Positions 23,920 through 35,879 of a DNA stretch of 64,000 bases are shown one piece after another. Every line of letters begins with the position of its first letter. The first letter of the stretch is position 1. Source of the DNA: an uncultured Nitrososphaerales archaeon (lineage in GTDB: Archaea; Thermoproteota; Nitrososphaeria; Nitrososphaerales; Nitrososphaeraceae); assembly GCA_963709405.1 (NCBI GenBank), contig CAVPXM010000036.1, positions 47,921-111,920 of the forward strand, written 5' to 3'. The position numbers and the translations under genes are program-made. The notes under the pieces are model-generated. The model had not been told where the DNA came from and did no database searches. It saw only the letters and a list, made by a program, of their open reading frames with translations.

Positions 23920-24354
23920 CTACCTATTGCTATTTGCCAACCCGGGATTTCTGTCCAGATAATCAGCTATCTCTTCGAATGTCGCACCAGAATCATTCAG
24001 CTCTATCAGTAATTCTTTACTGATACCGGCCTGTCTCAATGCGACTAACGCAGCATATAATTTTCTTTCTGCGTTAGTGATGCATTTGCCGTCCCAACCA
24101 TAATAAGACATGATGACACCCATAACACATCTTCCACCAAGTCCGTCGGTATACTGCTTTCTAATCTGTGTAAACTGTTTTCCATATGTCCGTAGTATTT
24201 GAGAAATAGATGATTCTTGGTTCGACTGTTGACTAATGGTACTAATATCTGGCCCATGGGTATGTCGCTCGATGTTCTGTGTTAACTGCTTTTTATACGT
24301 CCGTAGTATTTGAGAAACAGATGATTCTTGCTCTAATAGTTGTTGCTGAGCCAT
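23920..24354 (-). CDS. hypothetical protein with internal N-terminal duplication
   Basis: QESSVSQILRTYKKQLTQ repeated as QESSISQILRTYGKQFTQ; GRCVMGV and LNDSGATFEEIADYL. Confidence 0.6.
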   Translation of the reverse strand: MAQQQLLEQESSVSQILRTYKKQLTQNIERHTHGPDISTISQQSNQESSISQILRTYGKQFTQIRKQYTDGLGGRCVMGVIMSYYGWDGKCITNAERKLYAALVALRQAGISKELLIELNDSGATFEEIADYLDRNPGLANSNR

Positions 24355-24646
24355 ATATTGCCAATAAATAATCACAAACAAACTATTTAGAAGCTACGTT
24401 TACTGCGTTTCTATGGAAATGGTGTGTGGACTCCCCTTTTAGACATTTTGCAGGAATCTAGGTTTCGGTGGGATGCAATACACCAGTGTATGTAATCCAT
24501 TATCGCTCAATCTATGTCACATAATTAGACATCATTTAACCCATAGCTCTAGTCTGGACATATTTACAGTGGAAGTACGCTACAAAAGAACATCGTTTAG
24601 TAGATAGCGATCTTGATCCTAAATTCATAGCAAAAATGTCAAGAAG

Positions 24647-24780
24647 ATGATGCCTCTTCTTTGGAAAAATGTAGGTTTCAATTTTGTAGATAGTCTTAGA
24701 ATAGCTATAGCTCAAGGTTGCTGTTTGGGCGGCTCAACAATAATCAATGTCACTGTTTGCTTTGATACTCCTTTGCGAGT
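24647..24780 (+). pseudogene. GMC oxidoreductase internal fragment
   Basis: Manual translation MMPLLWKN..IAQGCCLGGSTIIN. Confidence 0.6.
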
Positions 24781-24939
24781 TGATTTTAGCTTGGGTCTAC
24801 GTCTTCTCTGAATCTACGTAATCGTGAATAAATGTCTGCTTTATATTTTCTGCTAGGCTACAAAGCTCTTCGAGATTATTAAACTCATTTCTTTTCTTTA
24901 TTACTAATCCCAGCGAGGCTAACTCATTTCTCCACCACG

Positions 24940-25195
24940 CGGGTCAGATTATCAAATTTTGTGTTTGATAGAATTTTCCGATCGAAATAACACTTCTGAG
25001 ATACACCCCTTTGAAGATTCCATTGATAACCATAGGACCAATAAGTCTCGCATAGTGCAGTACCAGTCTATCACTCTCTATGACTGGACTGCCTTCATCC
25101 TTCTTGATTAGTTTAACGGTAATAATTATCGTATCAGAAAACGCTCTGATATCGTAGTTTACATTGGAGGAATCAGAGGTTTTTAGGGCCTGGTT
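24940..25195 (-). pseudogene. class III nucleotide-cyclase-like fragment
   Basis: Manual translation IRAFSDTIIIT..GIFKGVYLRSVISIGKFYQTQNLII*PA. Confidence 0.5.
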
Positions 25196-25799
25196 CTTGT
25201 ACAGTTACCAGTTGGCGAGGGGAGGGTCACCTTTGAAGATTTAACTTTAGTTCCACTGAGAGCTCAACAGAGATCCTTGATGTATGGTAGGACACGACCA
25301 ATGTAACAAAAAGAGTATTATAGCATTTTCGTTTTGATAGCATTTACAATCATGCCAGTGTCTGTTAACTTGTCTATTCCATGATAGCATTGTCCTAACA
25401 ATTTCAAAATCTGATACAATTCTAGCACTTCTAGTTGTTTCATCGTTAGAATCTAAATTATTTGATGAGTGCGCATAGTATATGACATATTGGTAAGTCG
25501 CCGCTCGTATCGCTACCACCTTGCACAGATTGGCCTTGATTTACAGTAACGTGATTATCATTTCCTTCCGGTATCTTTTGGTCCACTTGATGCCACCAAT
25601 TACTGTATCCATGTGAGTCATTTCAAAAGTCTAACTTACTGAGGTAGATTGCAATCTTTTGAACGTTGCGCTCTCCCAGTTTTGGAGTTAAGAAAAATGA
25701 TTTATCTGATTGTTTTATAGATTCTTTCGTTGGGTAATCTGAAGGAAGTATTGTTCTACCAATATCTAACGGGGACGGGAAGCTATTAAACTAGCACAA

Positions 25800-26270
25800 T
25801 TATTTTTTAACGTTAGCACCAGCAAAGAAATTGTTAAGCATATTTACTACAAAGTCTGGCCGCTCTTCTGGAATCCAGTGTCCTGATAGAGGAACCTTAA
25901 TACCAGTAACATTTTGAGCTAATTTTTGCATTCCGTAGAGTGCATAGTTAATAGTAACATCGCCTCCAAAAGCCGGAATATATCCCGCTCCTACTGCTAG
26001 TACTGGCATTGTAAGCTTTGTCTTTGAATAATTCATATTTTGAATCGCATCTTCTGGGAATGCTCTAAAGTAGTTAAATCCGTCACGCATTCCACCTGGA
26101 GCAGAATAATGACTAACAAATTCATCGATATCTGCCTGCGTTATTGCAGCCGGATTGGCTGCAATGTTATGATAGAACCATGACAAGTACATGCGCTCCT
26201 TTCCATCTACAAGTGCTTCTGGTACGTCTGGTGTTTGATGAAAAGGAAACCACCATACTTTTCCTTCAAG
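25800..26270 (-). pseudogene. alpha/beta hydrolase (epoxide hydrolase-like) C-terminal half
   Basis: WWFPFHQTPDVPEAL..GFNYFRA..KLTMPVLAVG..SGHWIPEERP; N-terminal half missing. Confidence 0.8.
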
Positions 26271-26967
26271 CTGAGGAGGCTTGTCGCTAACTTATACCTA
26301 GAAGAATTAAAGAAATGGTCTTATACAACTATGGTTTAGGTAAAATGGTTTGAGAATGCAAAGCGGTAAGATAAGGAAGTTCTCTTGATTGGCCTATTGC
26401 TGTTGTCTTTGACATTGATAGTATCAGTTTGTCACGCCGCCTACACCACTTTAGGAGTAAAAATTCGGGAGGTTTCGATAGGCCAAAGCGTGATCAGCAT
26501 ATTTGGAGTTTTCAACTGATAATTGGTGCTGGTTTGGCATATCTTATCCCCGTGCTCCTCTTGGATATACTTCATTAGAAGCTTCTACTTAGGGCTGTAG
26601 CCCATACACGAAAGCTCGAAAAGGAGTCATTTCGGAATGAGATCTCTACAACGTCTGAATTAACCTCTAGACATCTTACACAAATTCATACTATAGGAGG
26701 ATATTTAGTTTATAGCCTAATTTTTCTATTTGGAGGTCTTTTCATATTTTATGGGACGCCACAGCAATAATAGCATCATCATTTCTGTCGCTAAGAGATA
26801 TAAAAAATAATACGAATAATAGAAAAACGATAATACCACCAACATTGAATGTACAGCAACTCGGCTAAGATAATCGGTACTCAAGTTATATGTATCGACA
26901 AAAAGGATTGAAATATTTTTTTAAAGCTCCAACTACCCTAAAGACTCTAACGACTTCAGAAAACAGG

Positions 26968-27106
26968 TGTTTTGTTGCATGACTCTGATCCTCGTCTCTT
27001 ATGGTTTAGAAGAGTCATGTTTAAGATAAATACATGATATTAATTAATACAATATTATCGGCTTATCGTCAAGTAGTTGCGATTTGCTTAGTTATGCAAC
27101 AAAGCA
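26968..27106. mobile_element. MITE-like element with IS903-type ends
   Basis: TGTTTTGTTGCATGAC ... GTTATGCAACAAAGCA (14/16 inverted match), same as the TIRs of the IS5 copies; non-coding; no clear TSD. Confidence 0.6.
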
Positions 27107-27185
27107 GATTCAGTCAATCGAACGAAGGTAGGTCCTTCCTTTAGTTAAAGTTAATATTCAACAGTTAGACCTCTGAGGAGGCTTA

Positions 27186-28122
27186 TTACTCCTTATCCTG
27201 CTTACTTTCAAGATATTTAATTGCATCAATTGCTGCTTTGCAACCAGATCCTGCTGCTGTTACCGCCTGTCTATATATATAGTCATAAACATCTCCGGCT
27301 ACAAAAATACCGTCAATATTCGTTTTATTCTCATCATATTTCTTGATGTATCCCTTGTTATCAAGTTCAAGTTTACCTCTGAAGAGATCTGTATTTGGTT
27401 TGTGTCCTATAGCCACAAATACTGCAGCACACATTATATCCGATAACTCGTTTGAGAGTAAATTTCTTATTCTGATCCCTTCTACCCTATTTTCACCAAG
27501 GATTTCGTCAATCACACTATTCCAAACAAAAGAGATCCTCTTATTGTTGAATGCCCTTTGTTGCGTTATTCTAGCAGCTCTCAACTCATTTCTTCTGTGA
27601 ATAACCTTGACACTATTCGTAAGTTTTGAAAGAAATAAAGCTTCCTCTATGGCTACGTCTCCCCCTCCTACTACTACCACATCTTTACATTTAAAAAAGA
27701 AACCATCGCAAGTACTGCAAGCAGATACTCCTTTACCTTTCAATCTGCTTTCAGATTCTAGCCCAAGCCACATAGCTGAAGAACCAGTTGCAATTATGAC
27801 AGCTTCTGCCATATGGACAGTATCTCCAATGTTGATCTTGAATGGCCTTGATAGAAAATCTACTGAATCAACCGCCGCATCGATAAACTTTGTGCCAAAC
27901 CTCTCCGCTTGCTTTCTCATATTCTGCATTAAATCAGATCCTCCTATTGCATCAGGAAATCCAGGAAAATTTTCAACATCAGTTGTAAGCATCAACTGCC
28001 CTCCTGGTTCATTTCCTGATATTACTACTGGCGCCAGTCCTCCTCTTGCAGCATAGATAGGCAGCCGTTAAACCAGCAGGGCCGGATCCAATTATGATTA
28101 CTTTATTGCTATTATCGTTCAT
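27186..28122 (-). CDS. trxB: thioredoxin-disulfide reductase (one +1 frameshift at about 28060)
   Basis: IIGSGPAGLTAA, GGQLMLTT, VSACSTCDG, VVGGGD, IHRR, AGDV, RQAVTAAGSG; full length. Confidence 0.9.
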
Positions 28123-28845
28123 GTAGATTCTGGTGAATGAATAAGGGGAGATTTTGTTATTAAAAGTTAACAAAAGGGTACGTTTAGTTTATCACTTATT
28201 TACTTGCCCAATCAAACAACCTAAATAATTAATAAATAAATGATAGTGATAATGACACAAGACATGTTTATTTGTGATATTTGTAGAAACGAAATATGCT
28301 CCACTCGTTATCAGAGATCAAGGAAGCAAACAAGTTAAAAGTTTGTACATATGAAATGCTGTTCGGTTGAAGAGATAAAAAAGAATTTTCTGTCATATGC
28401 CCAAAATCAGATCAGATTTTATCATGATATTATGGATCTAGTCAATGATACTAATGTAAAGAATATCAAGGATTTTGAAATGAAATATGGCAATTATGAA
28501 ACGTATTCGTATAGAAAACAGACAGTGCAATCATATAGCAGATCAGTACAAACTAAGCAAGATCAATAAAGCAGCCGCAACCTTTGACCCACTGGAAACA
28601 ACCGAACCCTATACTAATGAAAACGACGTAACCCTTGATCTCCTTGCCGAAGAGTCCCGAAATAATGCGTTTGTCATATCTGGAACCAAATCTCCCAACG
28701 TTGAGAATGCTGGAAGAGAACTGACCTCAGAATCAAGCGCAGATCAAGGCCTCGTATTAGTTCAGAAAGTGGGTAAAAAACTTAGCTGTAAACATTGTGG
28801 GCATTCATGGATATTTAGCGTTCGAGTCATATATTAATATCCTAA

Positions 28846-29463
28846 ATGAGATCATTATTTAAAGATCATATGTCCGCAATTTGCATTGCTTTCTATTTTC
28901 CAGAATATAGCGGGCATAGAGCATTTCTGCAATTGGGCAGTCAGAAACTCCTATATGAGGCAATAAGACAAATTGATGATCCTCCAATTCTCTACGGTCA
29001 GGAGCTAGGTGAAGTTCTTGGAAGAGAGCGCACAGTTAAATTCTTGCAATTTGTTATCAAAACATGCTGTGAAAATCTTATTGAAGGCAAATCTGAGTCT
29101 CTTATTACGGACAGGATACGTGCAGAACTTACAACTTATTTTCAAACTTTGGAACAGGATGTGGTTCAAATAGCAGCCAATCACGCTACTTTGCTAGTTG
29201 AGATCGCAGAAGCTGTAAGGAACACTGTTCTTAATAACAAGTACCGCCAGGATCACGATCTTGCAGATAGGAATTCCAAAAAGGCTAAGATATGGGGGAA
29301 TAAGGCAGATGCTTTAGTTAAAGAGATTCGCACTTTGACAAAAAAACCAACTAACATTCCGAGAGTGTTTGAACGAATTATTGTAAAAGCTGACGATGCA
29401 GCAGATTTTTTAGAAGAGGCAGTATTTCTGATGAGTCTCTCACAAAGGCGCGGAGCATTTTAA
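28846..29463 (+). pseudogene. fragment with DUF47/PhoU-like helical region
   Basis: KADALV..ADDAADFLEEAVF; appears truncated at both ends. Confidence 0.5.
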
Positions 29464-29653
29464 TAATACGCTCAGTTACAGAGGTGTAAGCATCTACCGT
29501 TTTCAAAATGGAAAGATGACAGAGACTTGGCATGTAGTTGATGGTTTCCCATTGAAACAGAGGCGAAATACATTCCAGGACGTAATATATTTAGTGCCAA
29601 ATCTAAACCAAAATAGATAGTTGGACCAGAGTTACATCTTCATAACGTAGGCC

Positions 29654-29748
29654 TAAGGCCTATTACCGTCATATTATCATTATTGCCATCTAATTACCTC
29701 TATTTTCTCTATTACCAAGATATTTTAGTTTGAATTCAAATGAGGATG
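29654..29748. repeat. dispersed ~95 bp non-coding repeat, copy 1
   Basis: Direct match (about 90%) to 57815-57910. Confidence 0.85.
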
Positions 29749-29847
29749 GAATATGCTATATTTTGCAATGATATTTTCTTTTCATCGTCCTGACTTGACT
29801 GAACATAAAAGATCGTTGTAAAGTGATTTTTAAATGTAATCTCTCAT

Positions 29848-30552
29848 TTACGTTCTCTTTATTAGATTGCCTTTCATCTGTACAAATTCTGCTTCTGTAA
29901 TTACTCCTTGATCCCTTAATTTTGCAAGTTTAGATAATTCATCAGCTATGGATGTTACTGGATTACTAATTCGCTGATTTTGCGTATTGGTCATTTCTTT
30001 ATTGTCTATCGTTTCTGGTTTTACTTGGGCTGATGATTCTTGTCCTTTCGTGTATGTAGAGAAAGAAGATTTTTTACTACTTTGCATCCCAGATCTAATT
30101 ATTTCAATTAAATCCTCTGCTTTTTTCTTTGGAATAGCTTCAATTGTACCACCTTCTTCATCCTCTTGTCCATCAATAATCTCTTCCATCATTCCTAATC
30201 TGGTAGAACTGACTAATCCTGGAGCTTTGAATCTAATTGTAGATGTCAATATATTTTTCTCAAGCCTAACGCTTGTAATAATATCATAGGGAATATCTAC
30301 AATATTTTCTTTGAGCCCTAGCATATATGGATCTCTTATAATTATCCTCCTATCTGTAGCATACACTGTATTCGGTGTCATGTAGGATCCTCCAGGTTTT
30401 ATCCTGGATTGCTTTGCAACTAGTAGGACTTTTTCATCAGGATTTAGCATTTCAGCAATCTTAGTTATCTCTGATAGCTCTTCTCTATCCTTCATATTTG
30501 TAGTAAATAGGTCAGTATTCTTTTTCTTCCTGCTGCCAAATCCAAATGGCAT
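29848..30552 (-). CDS. bacterial-type PH domain + SHOCT domain protein
   Basis: YATDRRIIIRDP..IPYDIITSV; C-terminal ADELSKLAKLRDQGVITEAEF. Confidence 0.85.
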   Translation of the reverse strand: MPFGFGSRKKKNTDLFTTNMKDREELSEITKIAEMLNPDEKVLLVAKQSRIKPGGSYMTPNTVYATDRRIIIRDPYMLGLKENIVDIPYDIITSVRLEKNILTSTIRFKAPGLVSSTRLGMMEEIIDGQEDEEGGTIEAIPKKKAEDLIEIIRSGMQSSKKSSFSTYTKGQESSAQVKPETIDNKEMTNTQNQRISNPVTSIADELSKLAKLRDQGVITEAEFVQMKGNLIKRT

Positions 30553-30929
30553 ATGTATACTATAATGAAGTAATGATTATGATGTATTTAAGCCCATTAT
30601 GATCACGCATTCGCCAAATCAGAAAAAACAAACATTAGAAAAATGTGTTATATAATTTAGTAGGTATCTTCTTCTTAAAAGAATAAGTATATTGTTACCA
30701 TAGAATTTGCTATAGTATGAACCTACATGGTAGAAAAAGCATAACGATATTTATGATTATAGCTGCAATAATCATTACTTTTGGTTCCATCACTCCGCTC
30801 ACTGGAGCGGAGGTCTTTGCAAAATCTAGTGCATATCAATCTGGATATAATCATGGAGTAAGTGATGCAAAAACTTGACTACGCACGATAGACAATAGTA
30901 CATTCCATACTGGAATAGCATTTCCTACA

Positions 30930-31260
30930 ATGCAATCTCAAGCTCCCCATAAGCTCAAGAGTCTCTTTTAAGTCATCAAGAATCATGATAGGATAAGACT
31001 GACCGGTTTCTTTATCTAGTATCATAGGTCTAGTATCATAGGTCTAGTATCATAGGTCTAGTATCCATGTTTATTTTCGTAATGATTGTTAGATAGTTCA
31101 TTAATCTCGCCTGAACGGTCATACTCCAGACATGGTTTTCAGAAACTGGAATAGACTCAGATATGGCTTCGTTTATGGGATTTGGGATCTTGATACCAGA
31201 GTCCTTTGACTTTAGATTTCTGCTATGTTGCTTGAGCTTCGCAATTATCACCTTAGTTAT
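30930..31260 (-). pseudogene. internal fragment of a larger protein (possibly a mobile-element replication protein), disrupted by a tandem repeat
   Basis: Reading KINMDTRPMILD continues as KETGQSYPIMILDDLKETLELM once two 14-bp units are removed. Confidence 0.4.
31015..31065. repeat. 14-bp tandem repeat (TCTAGTATCATAGG) x3.6
   Basis: Three perfect units plus TCTAGTATC. Confidence 0.95.
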
Positions 31261-31377
31261 ACCTACGTTCAGAGTACGCTAGACAAGTATTGGATAAAAG
31301 TCATACTGTATTCATATCAATACAGCATCTTGCAATTGATACCTTGCCAGATAGTGTAGTAGTAGGTTATTCTCCGG

Positions 31378-31745
31378 CCGATACACTACTCATGGTTGGA
31401 ACATCTTTTCCTTATATAGACTATCTTCCAAAGCCAGGCCAAGCAAGAGGAATTCAAATTGATATAAAGCCTGAAAAGATTGGTCTTCGTTATCCTGTCG
31501 AAATTGGATTAGTAGGCGATTCAAAACTAATACTATCTGCAATGCTTCCAGTTTTAAATCGAAAGGATAACCTAGAATTTCTAAAATCAAAACAAAAAGC
31601 AATGAAAAATTGGAATAGATTATTGGAAGAGTATGGTACTAGAAATGATATGCCAATCAAAGCGCAAGTTATTGCAAAAGCAGTTTCCGAAGAATTAGAA
31701 GATAATGCAATAATTTCTGTAGATTGTGGTACAAACACTTCTTGA
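31378..31745 (+). pseudogene. TPP-dependent pyruvate oxidase/dehydrogenase central fragment
   Basis: ADTLLMVGTSFPY..IQIDI..IGLRYPVEIGLVGD..DNAIISVDCG. Confidence 0.8.
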
Positions 31746-32479
31746 ATTTCTATAAAGTCCTGTGCCCCAGCAAGTCTAGTTTCCGATTTTGGTAGCATAT
31801 ATTTTGCACATTGTCCGTCTACAGCGTCATTGTCATAATGATCTACTTGTTTGGCAGTATTGCCAAAAGGAATGTCCCTGACGGTCTTGGCAGCTGCTTT
31901 TTCCAAGTCTGATAGAAATTCCTTCTGTATTATCACGTCATTTCTAGTTCCAATCACCACCAATTGCAAGGATGACAAGGATGACTTGCAGATTATAGAT
32001 ATAGATGCAGGATTAAGAGCAGCTTCAGAAGCATAACAATTTAGGTATTAATAAGTAGACATTTAAAGGGAACCGCTGCCTTCGACAAATTCCCATGCAT
32101 TACACTCATACTTTCAATATAGTCTATTCTACTTCTTTGCATTATCCTAACAATCGGTTCCTCTCTCTAGTTCCCCAAAAGTGGTCACAACTAATTTCCT
32201 GTAACTTTTTTATACCTAGAGATAGTGTTGATTCCACTGATTCTTTCATCTATTTGTCAGATTATTCGGTGCTTGTAGAATTTCCCTTTATTTCAACGGA
32301 TCTCGCAGCTATCATATTTCTCACATACCAGCTGTATAGAAACGTAAACGACTGAAGCTGGATTGCTTCGGATGACGGAAAAAAGTGGATAGAAAAATAT
32401 TATTCAAAAGGATACAATTAGTTTCCTCGCTATTCGTGTAGTGAACATAGCAGTATAGATAGGTATGTTGAATTACGGC

Positions 32480-32641
32480 AGTCTTATACAATTGCTTTGT
32501 ATGCTATCATAAGTCAGCTTGAGACTAATGGCAAAGGGAGGTAAATCCATATTGATATGAGCTTAAAATTGACAGACACAACATGTAATCGCTCTTCATT
32601 ATTACCGATGTTCATTTTGTGTGGGAAATGTTACTGGTGTG
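32480..32641. repeat. 162-bp inverted repeat, copy 1
   Basis: Reverse complement of 42662-42823; one mismatch seen. Confidence 0.92.
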
Positions 32642-32787
32642 CGACATACATTGATAATTCAAGGACGCCAGTAAATAATAATTGTCCACAATGTAAAGAT
32701 TATATTGAATTGTTTGTCTTTCCTATCACGGCTAATGAATCATTTAGATCTGATTACAATGTAAAACGCAGGACAGAATTGCAATGA
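32557..32787 (+). CDS. small Zn-ribbon protein (CxxCYWC..CPxC)
   Basis: FILCGKCYWCAT..CPQC; paralog of 42489-42746. Confidence 0.65.
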   Translation: MSLKLTDTTCNRSSLLPMFILCGKCYWCATYIDNSRTPVNNNCPQCKDYIELFVFPITANESFRSDYNVKRRTELQ

Positions 32788-32798
32788 AGTGCCAAAAC

Positions 32799-33018
32799 CT
32801 AATGATCCTCCACGAATTTATAATCATACAATTAATACTGATGAAGAAAAACCCGTGACTATTTCCTTAAATGGTACCGATTTAGATAGGGATCCTTTAA
32901 CATTTTCAATAATGAAAAGACCAAATTCTGGTGTTCTGGTGTTCTGGCTCCTAATCTGACATATACAGCTAATGCTAGGTTCTTTGGTCACGATAGCTTT
33001 ACGTACAAAGCTAATGAT
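32799..33018 (+). pseudogene. cadherin/Ig-like (Big_9-type) repeat fragment
   Basis: Manual translation PNDPP..TDEEKPVTISLNGTDLDRDPLTFSI..APNLTYT..FFGHDSFTYKAND. Confidence 0.7.
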
Positions 33019-33180
33019 TGTAGTTTCCACTGTGAAGAAATTTTGATAGATGTGAATTGGTATGATGATGAAGAAGGCCGGGATTATCAATCACCAGATG
33101 AGATAATCAGGACTAGTTCATTCAAAACATTAACAAATAAGACTATGGATATCAAAAACGATCATCATATAGTGTAGGAG

Positions 33181-34061
33181 ACAAATGGCTCAAGAGATTT
33201 GATAATGCTGCTTTGGAAGGACTAAAGAATAAGCATAGAAGTGGTAGACCTCCAGAAGTGTCGGAAGAAACATCTACCAAGATAAGAAAAGAATAGTCAT
33301 AAAATCAATCAGGATGGATGGCTGCTAAAGAAGTCATGAATTTGATATATGAAAGAACAGGAGTCAAATATCATGAAGTTCATATCTACAGACTATTACA
33401 TAGATGGGGTTTCAGTCCTAAAGTACCAAGAATGAAATTTGTTAATGCTGCATCAAAGCAAGAGAAAAACGAGTTTCGAAAAAGGCAAGAAGGATAATCT
33501 CACGAATAATTCAAGGCTTTACCGTCACAGTTATGGACGAATCCATCTTCATACATGATTCTTTGGTTCGAAGGAAGATGTGGACTGCAGATAGATAGAA
33601 TAAGACCAATTGTAACTATTACTGGATCACACCAAAGGACCTGTGTATTTGGTGCTCTGTGTATAGACGGAAGACAGTTCTTTCGTCAGTATGAATCCTT
33701 TAACCAATACACCTTTCTGGATTATCTCATACAATTGCAAAGAAGGTTTGGAAAACTAATATTGTTCATAGACAGAGCACGTCAACATCACCGGTCCATC
33801 ATGGTAAGAGAATACATAGAGCAAAACAAAGACGTTCTAAAAGTAATATATTTTCCAAAATGTTCGTCTGAATTTAATACTATAGAAGAATGCTGGAGAC
33901 AGGGAAAATATGATCTCTTGGTATCGAAATACTATCCGAAATTTGCAAATTTCAGACATACTATAGCCAACTACTATAGAACAAGACGGTTCAAACTACA
34001 CTAGACATAGTCAAATATCTATCGAGGAGTGTGAGTTAGCGAATTAATGTTACTGAGTCTA
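33181..34061 (+). mobile_element. IS630-family element, 5'-truncated second copy of 9245-10350
   Basis: Near-identical to about 9479-10352, including the right end. Confidence 0.9.
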
Positions 34062-34294
34062 GTATTTTGTGTGCTCTTTTTTAAACTGCTTTTTCTCTTC
34101 ATAAGGGGGTTGCTCTGATGTTTCGCATTTGCCTGTTCTCCATAATATTGAATTCCTAAAATCAACATTAAAACTATGGACATCAAGATTGCCGTTTGTA
34201 TTTTCTTGTGCTGTATTACCTAAATTTATAAGCCTTTGCACTTTTTGTGTTAGATGTGTATCACTACGATCCGTATAGAAAATCCGAATCTCCC

Positions 34295-34412
34295 TTGAGG
34301 CCCGGTGGCATAGCTCGCCGATCGTTCCGATAACGTATTCATGGTCGATTTACAGAATAATCGAATACAAAAGTTCACACACACAAATAATGGTGGTTTT
34401 ATAATGAAGTGG
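34295..34412 (+). pseudogene. NHL-repeat fragment
   Basis: Manual translation LRPGGIA..SDNVFMVDLQNNRIQKF..NGGFIMKW. Confidence 0.55.
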
Positions 34413-34978
34413 TTCTTTCTGCAATTAATCCTTTTCGACATTTTGATTTATCTGCACCTGGGGCCATACGTCCGGGGGAAATATATCAATAAGCGAAAGA
34501 ATACTTTATTTTCTGTTTAGTCTCATATAGTCTACATTAATGCTGCAGTGAATATTAGCAGTCTCTCTACAAACTATCTCAGTATTAGAAACGACGAGAT
34601 TGTGTGATTAATGTATTCTCTTCTGGTTCTTAACCGTATTTATTACAAAATATCAATACCATGAACATCCCATCAACCTTAAGCAAGGCAATTTTGATTT
34701 AAATTCAATTTTAATCTTTGCCATAATTTCTCTTTTCTACATGCTCATCAATTTAATAATTGATAGCGTTCCTGATGTAGAATCATTGGAAACACCAAAC
34801 TGTATCGGACCCTAGTGTAAGAGTTAGCCTATTAATACGCTGCTGCTCCTATGCGACTTATGTATCACACAGTTCCTTCAATGATAATAGTGGTAAGACA
34901 TCGGGATCAAAGTCAGATAATAACACTCAGAACGATCGGAATCAAGCTTTTCTTACGTAGTTAGATGTTGTACTTACA

Positions 34979-35431
34979 CAGAACAAATATGAAATGGATA
35001 CTGAAACTGGAGTAATTGTTGTAGATAGAGTACTAACAGCGAAGATGAACTATCCAAGTAATTATGGATATATTCTCGATACTAGAGAACAAGACGGTGA
35101 TCATATGGATGCATTTGTGCTAGGCGACTACCCATTAATCCCAACATCAATTATAAAGTCACGTCCGGTGGGAGTAGTACTAACTCAAGATCAGGATGGT
35201 ACCGATTCAAAAATTGTTGCAGTGCCTGCGACAAGTGTGGATCCTAGTTTCTCAAATATAGATGATATAGATGATATCCCAAACTATATGCTTAGTAAAC
35301 TTCAACATTTCATCGAACACCACAAGGATTTGGAAAAGGACAAATATGTAAAGATATTAGGATGGAAAGGCAAGGAAGCAGCAAAGAATCTTATCCTTGA
35401 GGCAGCTGAAAGATATAATTTACAACCATGA
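34979..35431 (+). pseudogene. ppa: inorganic pyrophosphatase, N-terminus missing
   Basis: NKYEMD..VDRVL..YPSNYGYI..DGDHMD..DSKIVAV..FIEHHKDLE; the vIEIP N-terminal segment is absent. Confidence 0.8.
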
Positions 35432-35459
35432 ACTCTAGACTAAATCAGAACTATGTGTT

Positions 35460-35879
35460 CTAAATGCTTCGCGACACTCCTAAAATACGATTTTGTGGAT
35501 GTCTACATTTACAAATATGAGATTCCTCACCATGGATTAAAAATTTGTGATGGCATCTGAGATAATTGCAAATTGGTTCTGATGCTTTCCCAAATACGTC
35601 AACTATTAATACTTTTTCATAGCGATTCTTATATCCTAATCGATTTGTTTCGGGTGTCGCATCATGTCGGAAATGGTAAGTTATTGGAGATAAACCTCTA
35701 ATTGTCAAAAACTTCTCTAGCAATTTTCTCTCCGATTGCTCTTTCTTATAATGGCAAGTCCAACAATAGCCGCATCTGATGCAAGCAAATTGGGTTCTAC
35801 ATTTACAATTTTCACATTGTGTATACGTAAACGTCAAGGTACTCCGCAGATATTCATGCGCATATTTATTGACCCTCAT
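35460..35879 (-). CDS. Cys/His-rich hypothetical protein
   Basis: CENCKC..CIRCGYCWTCH and CNYLRCHH..CKCRHP clusters. Confidence 0.6.
   Translation of the reverse strand: MRVNKYAHEYLRSTLTFTYTQCENCKCRTQFACIRCGYCWTCHYKKEQSERKLLEKFLTIRGLSPITYHFRHDATPETNRLGYKNRYEKVLIVDVFGKASEPICNYLRCHHKFLIHGEESHICKCRHPQNRILGVSRSI

Noticed and set aside
30793-30812. Perfect 8-bp GC hairpin CTCCGCTC-ACTG-GAGCGGAG
   Set aside because: Lies within a degenerate secreted-protein fragment (..AYQSGYNHGVSDAK); no U-tract; single copy
31015-31065. Tandem repeat as a possible CRISPR array
   Set aside because: 14-bp units with no spacers; no cas genes; no repeat-spacer array seen anywhere in the window
32824-33090. 88-aa minus-strand ORF
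   Set aside because: The plus strand encodes a cadherin-like fragment
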